From: Camelus dromedarius
Lineage: Eukaryota
DNA: 64,000 bases
Direction of reading: 5' to 3'
Assembly: GCF_036321535.1 (NCBI RefSeq)
Contig: NC_087447.1
Location: 39,620,001 to 39,684,000, forward strand
The notes under the pieces were generated by a model. It made no database searches. It was not told the DNA's origin and saw only the letters and a program-made list of their open reading frames with translations. Of this stretch, positions 11,016-23,156 are shown piece by piece (the stretch's first letter is position 1; each line of letters starts with the position of its first letter). Position numbers and translations under genes: made by a program.

Positions 11016-14000
11016 ACTGCTCTGAAAATAGCCTTTACAGTAAGTTAACTTCTCACAAGTTCATTACTAAGTACTTAACGAAACAAATCTTAGAAGGGGG
11101 CCCAACCCAACCATGGAGCGGACTGAACTGCGGAAGTTCTCCACTCACCACCTACAAGACAAGACGAAACCTCAACTCCTCTTCATGCCTTCAAGGCCTT
11201 CATAACCTGGCCCAATGCAGGCCCCTCTCCTGTTTAATAGTATCTGTTAGATACTTTCTACATAAAAGGCATTGCGCTAGGCACTGGGGAAGACACACCC
11301 TGGAATAATACATATTCTCTGCCCTCTAAGGAGTGTATACTTTAGAAAGAGTAATGAGGCAAGAAGCCATGCAATTGTAATGAGAGGTAGAATATTTAGA
11401 AGGAGGAGAGGAAACATGCGGGAGAACAGTCTGAGATAAAAATCGAGACATTTCCTCCTACGGTGCCCTGTTCTCTGTCAGTTACCCAACTGCTCTGGCC
11501 ACTTTCCACAGGTCTCAAAATCAGGAGTAGCCCAAGGCAACCACGTCATTAAGGAGAAAGCAGTGCCCTCTGAAACGGTGATCGAGCAAACCAAAGAGAT
11601 CAGCTCTTTCGGCTGAGTTGTAGATTCAGGAGAGTGAACCCATTTTTATTCCTCTTTCAAAATTCTAATTATCCAGGTAACATGCAATATATTCTCCCTG
11701 TAAAAAAAAACTGTTACATGTACAAAGCCACTTTTTGCCTTTTCTCTTGCCGCCACTCTCTAAGCTGTTGGGTTGACTGCTACTCCCTTGGTGTGAATGA
11801 CCTGTCCCTCGCCCCTCCCTGCCCTTGGGGTCCCACCCAAATCTGCTCTGAGTTGCACTTACTCTGAGTTGTCAAGACCCAGTTCAAAAGGCAGGTCCCC
11901 AGCTCCCAGGCTGTTAGTCCGCTCCGCCCTTGAGCTCACCTCTGCGCACACTTCTAGCACAGGGCTCTCGCCCTACACTCTTCCTGCAGGGTTTCTGCTC
12001 CTTTTCTTTGACAAATTAGGAGCTTCTTGAGAGCAGGGCCTTCATCCTGCTCCTCTAACTCCTGGCACACTACCGAGAACCCCTACACACTGATAGCATG
12101 CCTGCTTTTAGCCCCTTCTTGAAAGAGAAAAATATTTGAAAAGGTGACATCATGGCACACAGGAGGTGGTGACCGTGTTCTCTTTGAAGAGGCAGGAAGA
12201 TGGGGAGGGAAAAGGAACAGGAAGGACAGAAAAAGCACTCCGCTGGCAGGACTGGGATGTGAAGGGGAACACGACAAGAGTTTGAGGAACTCACAGTCCA
12301 GCTGCAGGTTCACAGGGTGCTGAGATATCCACACGCCTCTCCTCCTCGTGAGCACCAAGAAATGGAAGAGGCACCCCTCATCATAAGTGACATAAGGGTG
12401 GCAAGGAAGGACAGTGAGTGGCTGTTTCATTCCCTAGTGGACAGAACCTAGAAAACTTAAACCTTTCCTTCCTCAAACCTTGCTCAGTCTACTCTGTTTT
12501 AATTCCTGTGATCTTTATCAATTTCAGATTTAGCATCCTGCCTCAATCAACCACCCTCACAGAGGGTAGCACTCAGTATTTAATTGAGAAAAACAAATTT
12601 TCTAAGAAACAGCTGGAATAGGTAAGAATGAACTGGATAAAATGCAGACAACCCAGCCCACTCAGGGCTGTATTCGGGGGAGCCACAATATTTTTGTTTA
12701 AGGACATACAGTCGATGTGGCTTCATCTGCGAGTTCATTCACCATACACAAGTTTGATTTTTTTTTTTTTTTTTTAAAGAAAAGGCAGAGCCCAAACTAC
12801 TTCTCATGGCTCTAGCCCTGAAGGTTGCTTTGCAAAGATATCTCAGAGTGAAATTACCCAGCAAACCCTCGGTGGATAGAAGGTTCCACAAGTCAACAAC
12901 CGCTTAAGCAGTTTAAACCAACAAGCAAGATGCCCTCTATTTAAATGCTATGAGCGAATCTATTTTAAGCCTTTAAAAATCCTTTGGGCAGGTGTTTAAG
13001 CTGTGTACAGACTGAGCCTGGGGAGGCTCTAGGGGTGGGGGAGGGCAGGCTCCATTCTCCATGTAGGCAACATTTTGTTCAGACAATCTTCCTGCAGCAG
13101 GTCATGTGACAAAGGCCAAATAAACAGCATCTGGGGATTTTCAATTACAGACCTTCGCCCAGCATGCCTGCACTGTAATCTCTACCAGATGAGGCTCAGG
13201 CCTCCCTATTTTCAATAATTCACACACTGTGTACACATAACATGACAATAAGGGCATTCATGGCGCGGCCTGATTCACAGATCAAAGCTAGCAAAGGGCC
13301 AGCTGTAAGCATGCTCTGCTGCTGGATGATTCGTGCTCTTCACAGGCTTGGAAAGACGCTCTGCAGGACCTGGCAAGCCGGCCTCTTTCCTGTGCGGTAT
13401 GCTGAGCAAACTCTGAGCATGAACCAGGCACGGCCTCCTGGGACGGCCAGGGAGGCGACCGATTCCACGTGCATCTGCAAGTACTAGGCAGCTTCAAACT
13501 CCAGCCTGCTTAACAAGCTGCCTCCTGGGAGGGGCTTGCCTCGGCCAGCGCAAGACCCATGCAAAAGCTCTCCCAGTCCCAGGAGCAGGTGGTCCCTGAA
13601 AACAAACTTTTTCTAAAAAGACAGTAAGGTTCCCATACTTAATAAGCCCTCAGCCAGGTGCTCAGCTTCACAGATCCACGAGCTGCGCTGTTTCCATTTA
13701 GCCATCATACACATACAAGTGACGCAGGTGCAATCTACACAGACATATCTATTTAATGCACGTTCCAGAGCTCCGAGTCTGGGAAATGAAAGAGGACACT
13801 CTGTTGTTATTACTGAAATCCCCACACTTTAACTCAATTAACGTGTGTGTGTGTACACACTAACACATTTAACCGCTGTGCGTGTGCACGCATGCGCGCC
13901 TAAGCGCTTGAAAAGCATTCCGAATTCTCAAGTCCACAACATTCCAAATGCCTATTGCCCTGCGGGGAGAGTTGTAACTGGAGGAAATAAGGACACGGCT

Positions 14001-17000
14001 TCCTCATATAAAGATTTCATACCCGTCAATCAGGGCAGGAACCGGGAGAAAGCCGTAATGGTGACTTCCTCAGCAGCAAACACATGCTGTTCACCAGCTG
14101 TGAGCTGTGCGTCCTTACCCCCTTTTCTCTCTCATTCAGAATGGTTTCCTCTTAATCACAATAATCCCAAAAGTGCTAAAACATATCAATCGTTGGGTAA
14201 GCCCTGCCTACAAAGGGCCAGCCGGCTGGCTTTTATGGCCTTGTCCAACAGCAGCTGATACTTCATTCAGTGACAAATCCAATTTAGCAGTTACAAGAGG
14301 TTTAGCATCCCTGAAAAAATATTGGGGTTGATCTGGCACTCTGAAGTCAGCAAATGCTCCACTGCCATATTGTTGCAGAGATTATTCTGCTGTCATATTT
14401 GGGTGTCTACAACCAACTGTCTCGCACCTTCTCTACCCTTGCCCCCCAGGAGCTGATGACGGCGGTGGTGGTGGTAGTGGCAACAATTTAATCCCCAGAT
14501 TAAAAATATAGGCAACAATCATACTTGGAAACTGACTAAATAATGTGATTTTGCCACTCTCCAACCCCCCACACACAAAAGAGAGTAATTGGCTCTACTT
14601 TTCAAAAAGGAGATTTCTAACACACTGAAAGAAAAACCTGTGGAGTGAAACTGGTTTCATTCCAACCTTTGAATTCTAGGTCAGCTTCGAAGAGTAAAAG
14701 GAGACAGACAACATGTAAAGATTTTACCCTTGGGCTGAAATTCATATTGTTAAAATCTATTGCAGGGCTAATGTGAAGACCCAGTAATTAAGTTCTTTCA
14801 TTCATTTTAAACATCAAAATAGTAAAAACAAAACAAAACAAAAAAAGCTTTGAGCCATGATGGAGGGAAGCAAATAAATTGACAGAAAAATCAGCTTTTG
14901 AATTTTTAGTATATTCAAAATATATATGGTCCTACTAGATTATTATTTAAATTCAAGTTAAAAGACTCTCCAAAGAAAATAACTTGGATAATTTAGCTAC
15001 AAAAGGGAAACACAACCAACAAAATGCCATTTTTAAACAACAGCACAAGGTAATTTACAAAGTAAAATAAAAGGGAAATGATCTAATAGGAACATTGGCC
15101 AATTATTCCTTTAATATTAGACTTTGTAGTCAACAGTTGGTTATTTATCCCAGCACCGGTTTTAACGATACCAAAAAAGTGACCGCAGAGACATCTGGTT
15201 TTTTTTAAAAAAAGATTTTCAGTGCCATAAATGAGACACGCGCAATTGTGGCTGGCAACATATCAACGATGGAATATTCCATACATAGAGTTCTCATTTC
15301 ATGTGGCTTTAAAACTGTATTCTTTCCTCTGGATTATTTAAAGCATACACTGAAAGTTAAAACAAAAAGCAAACATCCAAAGCCTGGAGAGTAGAGAAGA
15401 CATTTAGCTTCTGTGAATAACAATCCATTAGATTAATATTTTGTCAATGTCACTTATCACAACAAAAGCTACAGCATTTTATAATTTACTCTGAGACTGG
15501 TTTGATTAAAATTCAAAAAACCACAACAAAGCTATATTGAATTTCATTTGCCGCACTGTAATTACTTACTTTGTTGCTGACTATAAACAGTATTTTATTA
15601 CATCCACAAAAATGCATTTAAAAACTAACAGTAATTCAGAGACACGGGAAGAATTGAGGGAACAAGTCCCATCACCTCTACTTTGAAGAGAGTTACTATG
15701 TTATCGTGACATCAGAAAAGCAGATCTATGATCTTTCTCAGTCCAAGGAGACCTACAGGTCTGCCTATACTGTTTCCTCTGAGGGCAGGGCTCAGACTCC
15801 CTGAGAGCACAGATTGGCAGGGCCAGATCTATGCACCTCCCTCCCAAGACCAAGAAAGACTCTCACTTGGCTTAAACTCAACAATGAGACAATAGAGGCT
15901 GCCAGGCATGATGGATGACTTAAAGGCTTAAAACTACCATTTGCATCCTCCCAGATAAACAATTAGATGAAAAGAAAAAAAACTTTTTTTTTTCTGGAGG
16001 CAACTTCCGATACTGTTAATATGCCTGGCAGGGGAGAGCTAGTTTAGCGAAATGAAGACTTACTTTAAGAACACGTGTCTCAGACATTTTCTGAAAGTGT
16101 CTTTCTGGAGTGGGAAGAAACAAACCATTCATTTTAGACAGAAAAACAAGTTTAGAATTTTAAAAAGTTTAGAAACATATAACTCCCTTGAAGCCAGTAT
16201 CAAGGTCTTCAATGCACTTGAATATTTAATTTTTCCATTCCTTTATTTTAAATGCACGTAATTCTTAAAGGCGGCATAATAAAAAATTCACTTATTGAAC
16301 AAGGCAGGCAGGCATAAATATGATTTAAGCATGAAAGAGAGGAAACAGCCTTCACACACGCTTGCCAGATAAAAATCGGTGGTTCTGAAACAGCACATAG
16401 GTAATTTTCTGGAGCTCAGGAGGACCCAAGAGGGAATGCCTGAGAAATGACAGGGACATATCTGAAAAGTCAACCTGCATTTCTCTAGAATGAATTTACA
16501 GGAGGGGGCAGGAGCACCTCCGGAAGTCCACCGAGCCTCCCTTAATAAATGAGGCAGCAGTGCAGTCTCCGTGGCAACGGAGACTCCAACTCTCCAGCAA
16601 GCTCACCACCAAAGGTTTCTCCTCAAATCTCAACTTCCCGTTTCCAGGTGCTGACAAAACCAAACATACTTTTAAGCCCGGGGAAGCAGTGCAGGGGTTT
16701 TCAAAAGGGATTCTCATAATACAGGCTTGGCAAAAGCAGCAGGGCAGCGTCACAGACAGAACTCTGCAGCTCCATCTTGCTGTAACAGAGGCCTGGGGCG
16801 TGATTTTAAAGGAATTTAAGAGCCCCCTGAGAATGTTCCGTGAGTTAAATATATTTGCTGTAATATTATAATGTGTTATGACAAGTTATATATCATTATA
16901 ATAGGCTCCCATGATTAACATTAGTCTGACTGTTTTTTCTTCACTCTGCAGAAATGATTTGAGAGGTTAGGATCAGCTTGCTCACTAGAATTTAGTACCA

Positions 17001-18989
17001 GAGGAAAACCGACTGCATTTCTTTACCGTATGTAACCGTGAAGCTTATACTTCACCATGTTATGACGCATGTTCAAAGGAGACCTTTCCTGAACCTTCCA
17101 TGTGAACAGGGGAGTGTGGTGCAAACTCCAGAACTCTGCCATCAAACAGTCACTGACTTTAGGAAAACTTACTAACCTTTCTGAGCCTCAGTTTCCCTAG
17201 AGGTCCAGTACCTTATAATGCTATGATACTGCGATGATGAGATCTCGCTGCTTTTATTTTTCCTTCCAAACACAAGCAGTCAGAAAACACCAGAGAGCAC
17301 CGGAGTCCTTTGATCCTCCACTTTCCATTTTCCTCTGACCACTGAAAGAGCTGAGTTTCCAAGGTCCAAACCAAAGGAAGGTGGCACCCTTCCCAGTAAA
17401 TTCAAATAGCTACAAGAAGGGCTCCTGTGAGAGCAGTGGGGAGGATGGAGAGTGATGGAGAGATTCTTGGAAAAGCCCTAGAGAATGCTAAACCAAATCC
17501 TCCGAGAACACAAAACCAACATGCACCATAGAGGCCAACCTGGGAAAAAAAACGATCAGGGAAGGTAAAGACAGTCTGATGCTAAGGTGGGGCGCACATG
17601 CCCTGACCAGCATCCATCCCCGCCGTCTCAAGGGCTGTGCCAACAGGAGAGGGACACTCTCTAAAGCCAATGGCTTCTGAGCACCCATTACAGGCATGAC
17701 TAGGGGGCAGACAGCTAAGAGCATTGAAGCAGGACAAAAGGCTGAACTTCTACACCCAGGGGGCTTACAATCTGCCTACCCCATGATGTATCAGAGATGC
17801 AGGTAGGAAAGAAAGGCAGATCCACAGTGGTTATATGTTTTTAAGGGTTCTCCTTTTTAATTCTATTCCTTATTTTCCCCTTTCACACAGGAATAATCTA
17901 GTTTTAAGTCCTTCTCTGCAACCACATAACAGTGTAGCTTCCCACACATGTGCTGCCTTTAGCGTGTTATCACGCTAAAAGGCTTTCGCAGACAGTAACG
18001 AATTTCTGACAGCTACGACTGATAACTTGAGAAGAGAAAAAGTACTCCATTTCAATTTTCAGACAGGTCTGGCTTGGGGACAAATCAGCTGAAGGACAGA
18101 GAGGGTAAATTTCCAGTACGACTCCCCCTGTAAAAGCCATAAAGTTACTATCTAGGGGGAGCCATCAAATGTCTACCAGAACACTGAAAGCCATTGCATA
18201 TCTAATTCCACTCCACTCATGAGGTCACATACAGGGAGCTGCCATGTATGTATAAACTCTCTTAATATGAAGTCTGTATCTCATCTTTCTACCTTCAGGG
18301 GAAAATGAAGTTTCTGGTGTGAATGGGGTCCCTCTGTCCTTGAGAGGAGAAACGCTGGTGTACTCATGAACATATCCAGCACTCCCTGAGTTACGTGAAG
18401 AGTACACAGAGGAAAGACAAGATGACATCGGCTGAACCCTAGACCCAGGCATCAAAGGCCAATAGATGGCCATTTATGTCATAAATTTGAAAATAAATAA
18501 AAATTGAGAAAGACCGTTACTTGGAAACAACCATCCCCATTATATGAATTTTGACTGACCTTTCTCTACAATTTAATTACAGACCTTTCAGCATGAGTGA
18601 GCAACTGGGAGTATTTATTTAGCTTGGTTTATGAAGTGAGTAGCTAGAGAAACAGCAGAAGATGAGCTCAGTTTGCTATAGTGAGACAGCCAGGCCAAGA
18701 GCTTAGACTGCATCCGGCAGACAACGGAAAGCACCATCAGACGTGCTCAAGAAAGAGAACACTTCCACAGCCTACCTAGGCTGTGAAGAGCTAAATCTAG
18801 CTCTGGAATGAAGACTGGACTGAGGGGGTCAACTGGAGGCAGTGAGGTAGGCAAGGAGAACAGAGCCACAGCGGAGAGGTGGTGAGGACCCGAATGTGGG
18901 GAGTAAACCTGAAGAAAGCAAGGGAGGAGACTGAATCCACATGATCTGCCAGGTCTTCCTGACATATCTGGTGTGGAAGGAAAGAAAGG

Positions 18990-19490
18990 CTGTCCATGGC
19001 TGCTGGTATATTCTCAGCTCCAAGATGGCAGTAACATCTTAGAAACAAAGAACAGAGGAAAATCAGGAGACTAGAACAAGGGAGGCAATAAGTTTCGCTT
19101 TAGGTATTTAAATTTGAGGGCACAAAAGGATGTCCATGTGGAGCCATCCAGCAGGTAGGCAGATGTGCAGGGTTGAAGATTAATAGATTCAGGCTGAGCA
19201 GTAGACACAGGCCTGGTAGTCTAGAGACCCTGCTGGTAACTGAACCCTGAGAGCAACGAATCACAAGCAGGCGAGGAGTATAAAAGGAAAAGAGCGCTGG
19301 GGAGAACTGATGGCAGAACAGAGGAAAAGAAGTCAACAGAGGAGGCTGAGAAACGGAAAAGAAAGATGGACTCCGTCCAGTAATATCGTGGAAGACAAGA
19401 AGAGATAAAGTTGAAAAAAGAAGAGAGCCAGAAAAGTCAACCATTTAAAATGCTGGAGAAAGGTCAAGCAGGATGAGAACTATGAGAATA
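18990..19490 (-). mobile_element. L2 LINE fragment
   Basis: Purine-rich, with taagtttcgctttaggtatttaaatttgagg...gatgtccatgtggag and aaatgctggagaaaggtcaagcaggatgagaact, typical of reverse-complement L2. Confidence 0.65.
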
Positions 19491-19890
19491 TCTTATAAGA
19501 CACATTAAATAACATCTCCTAAAAGCTGTCATAAACATCCTCACGTGCAAAAGTGGCTGTGGTTAGATGTGCTGTCCACCCATCAGTTTGATCTAGGTTG
19601 GATGATGTGCTTAGACAATGGTTCTCAAGTGGGGTTCCAAGGATCAACAGGCCCTTGGAGCTTTTTACATGACTCTTACAGTTTCATACGCCTAAAGTCT
19701 GGTCACTGACCTGGGTGGTGGGGGGTGAATGGAAACATACCCAAAAGCAGTTGCTGAATGGTGTGTGGTCTGGGAAAGAGTACGGACAAAGTGGAGCCTG
19801 TGTCTGGCAGCCCTTTGGTAGAGACTAAGGGAGGTAAGGCAACAGGGCCCACTTTCCCAGATCTGCAAAGACTGGGGGGTGCAGGATGAA

Positions 19891-20115
19891 GACACATTCT
19901 GGTCAACTGCAATCGCGGTTTGGCTATGGATACAAGAGATCATCAGTGGGAACGTTCTGCAAGAAAATTAGGTATACAGAATTTACAGCAAAAAGCATGT
20001 ATATTTTATTAATATTTATAAATTGTGTGCTACACATGCTTTATATTAGTAAAAATTGTAATCAACACATTGTGTGTCTGTGTGTGGTTTAAAATATTTA
20101 CCAGTACACCACTGG
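19891..20115. mobile_element. MER63-like hAT (Blackjack group) DNA transposon fragment with one terminal repeat
   Basis: gtcaactgcaatc..ggtttggctatggatacaagag...tgtatattttatt..ttataaattgtgtgctacacat... ending atttaccagtacaccactgg matches the recalled MER63 terminus. Confidence 0.7.
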
Positions 20116-20329
20116 CTACCAACTCTTAATTCTAGTAATTGCTTCTAAAACTTTTACCAAAGGGGCAACAGGTTCTTAAATCAGCAAGAGATGGCACATT
20201 TGGGGATCCAAAGATCACTCCCTTGCCAATGAGTTTCTCAAGGGTGATCCAACCAAATCCCACAAGGCAGAAACCCCACAATTATGCGTGGCTTCTCCTT
20301 CTGGCTCCCCATCCTTATGCAATCCTTAT

Positions 20330-20845
20330 GCAATCCAATTGCCTGAATCTCCATCTCTCAGACCCAACCACACCTCCTACCTTCCCTGCCTTTTCTTTTG
20401 GATCTTTTAAAGTAGCTTCCTAACTGCTTTCCTTATTATCCATCTCGCCTCACTCTCACCTTCCTTAAGGCTACAACCAGAATGATCTTAGTTAAAATAA
20501 CAAGTCTTATCACATTACCCTCAATATCATCTTCCTGTCCCTGGGCCTTCTATTGTGCAGTTTCCCGCACCTAGAATGCCAACTCTTGTTGCTACCCGCA
20601 AACTTCCATCCACCTTTTAATAAAGCCTCCCATGACTGGCAACTGGTGACTCCCTGATCAGGCTCCTTACGCTCGCCGGCTCTCATAAACACATTCTATC
20701 ATCATTTGTTTCCACGACCACCTTCTCCACTAGTCTTTGAGGTACTAGATGCCAAGAATTTTTTTCTATTAACTCCTCCAATCTCCAGCCCCCAGGATAC
20801 CTAGCTTATAGGAGATGATCAATAAATACTGAATGGATGAATGGA
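20330..20845 (+). mobile_element. L2 LINE 3' end
   Basis: agtagcttcctaactg..., caaccagaatgatctt, and the tail ataggagatgatcaataaatactgaatggatgaatgg. Confidence 0.7.
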
Positions 20846-22714
20846 CGGGAAATACACAGAGTATGTACAGTACTTCTTTCTGAAACTTACAATATTCCAA
20901 AAATTTTTTAAATAAATAAGTTGGAAGGAAAATAATATTTGGGGAAAAAAATATTATTTGGGAATTTCCCCAAGTCTATGAAAAGCAATGCTCAGAGGTC
21001 TTTCATGAGTTGCTTGTGTAGTGACATGTTTTTCAAGGGAAATTTATAAGCCCGTTTTCCTAGTCTGAGCCAGAGATTTTCTGTTGAGAAACGCTTTTAT
21101 GCCATGTGTGTGGTTTCTCATCTACCCAAGCCTCATAATGACAAAAAACTATCAAGAAAATTAACAACAACCAAAAAAACAATAAAATTTGTAACCATAA
21201 CGCCTGGATGTAAAAGAACTCTTTTAGAGACTTTAATATTAAAATTGTTTTATTTATTTATTTATTTATTTAAATTTATTAATATTAAACATGTTTGGCT
21301 TGAGAAGACACTTCAGAGATAAGTTCATCCAACAACTTTAACTTTCTTTGCAGATAAGAAAGAGCAAAAAGAAGCTGAAAGACATGCCCAAAGCCACACC
21401 ACTCGTGAGTTTACAGCTGGGCTCAAGGGTGGCCTCCTGACGCTAAACCTTTGTTTTGTGTTGACTTTTTACTTCAATGTTAAAAATTTCTCTTACAGTC
21501 CATGTCATCACTCACATTTAGTAAATGCATAAAACAGGCCCTCAACTTTGCTTCCCACAGGATTTAAATCCAAAATTCTTCTTAATTAGAAAAAAGCTAA
21601 TCTGGGTATGTCTGGAATTATGTCCCAGAGTCTATTCTGATCACAATCACATAATCAAAAAGAAAAGGTTGATTCTCCTCTTAAAGCATCAGTGGCCCTG
21701 GAATGTTCCTGGAGGCCACATAGCACTGTCTGCGTTCAGTATTACCCAAGGACAGTACAGTGTTCCAAATGCCCCTTGATGGTGGAATCCTGTTATGTGT
21801 TCCTCCTGAATGTAACCAAAGTTGCACAAAAGGAGCTCCCACATTAACACAGAACCCAAAACTTCTGTCATTGGGACTCACAGGAATATGCTGTATGTCA
21901 TGAGGTAACAGTATTGTTTTCAAAAATCCCATAGCCTTTGAAGAGAGAGGGTGAAATACTTTCTCTTTTAACTGGAGTGATAATACGGCAGAGATAAAAA
22001 GGAGGTGAAAACACTAATTTTGAGCAAGTCCACAGTGCATCCTCCAACATGAGAGATGACACAGCTGTCACCTGAGTCCTTGCTTTACCCCATGAAGACT
22101 TGTCCACCAGGGCAGCAACGGCTCACCCCTTCTGTTCCCCCCTCGGGCCAGTCCTGCCCCAGCTGGGCACCTCCGATCTTCTGCTGGGGGAGGCATTCTG
22201 GTCTTCCTTCCATAACCTCAGCCTTAACAAGATAGAGTCCTCTCTCCAACTACACTGCTTCTCTGAATCGTTCTCTACAGATCACTCCTTCATCCACAGA
22301 ATGCCTGAGCCACTTAATCTCTGTTAAGATACACAAAGCAACAAGACTGGAAACGTGTTATGCAACACTCTGTCCTAAAACTCCTTCTTTGTAGTTTCTA
22401 AACGTATCTACATTGAAGCACTTAAGGAAAATCCCAGCTAAATCTACATTTACCCTTGATGATTTTCAGCTTCCTTTGCGTCTCCCTTCAACTTTCTTCT
22501 TTCAGACAGAAGGGGCCTAATGTCTCCAGTCCACCCACAGGCGGTTCCCAGGATCATTTTCATGGCTAGGAAGTGTGCTGGTCTCTCTGTACCCTCCTGC
22601 AGGAGCAGTGTGACACTGGGCATGCTATTCCAGGGACCAACACGAAACAGCTGATTAGATACTTGCATAAAAATACAGACACCAGATCTTCCGTGAAAGG
22701 CAGACATGATGGTT

Positions 22715-22895
22715 TAGAAGGAAAGGTCCTTGGCCCCAGGTGTCTAGAAACTTAGTTCAAATTCCAGTTTGAATTTACCTGAACCTCAGTTTTCTTATAT
22801 GTAAAAAGAGTCTAAAACTCCCTTACAGAATTGTCGCGAGGATCAAGAAAGAACATTTCTATGAAGTCAGCTGGCACGGTCTCTGGCATGTACCA
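22715..22895 (+). mobile_element. MIR SINE
   Basis: gttcaaattccag..ctgaacctcagttttcttatatgtaaaa...cttacagaattgtcgcgaggatcaa. Confidence 0.7.
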
Positions 22896-23156
22896 AATAC
22901 ACTGTACACTGTAACTGAATCCGAAATTAGCTATAAATAAATTCATTTCTCATCACCATTATTATTTCTCATCCACATTATTGTAAATGTGATCTGAATG
23001 CAACTACTCCATCGGTGCACCAGAAACAGGCCCACACTCCGACATCTGTCTCTGCCAGTTAAGTGAAGGAAAAGAGAACACACATTCCTCTGCAACGTTT
23101 TGTTCGCCTCACAGCACCACTGCATCTACAGAAAGGTCGTCAAAACACATCGAAGG

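Noticed and set aside
16024..16037. 14-nt identity to the 5' end of U1 snRNA (CCTGGCAGGGGAGA)
   Set aside because: The similarity does not extend on either side, so it is too short to call a U1 pseudogene.
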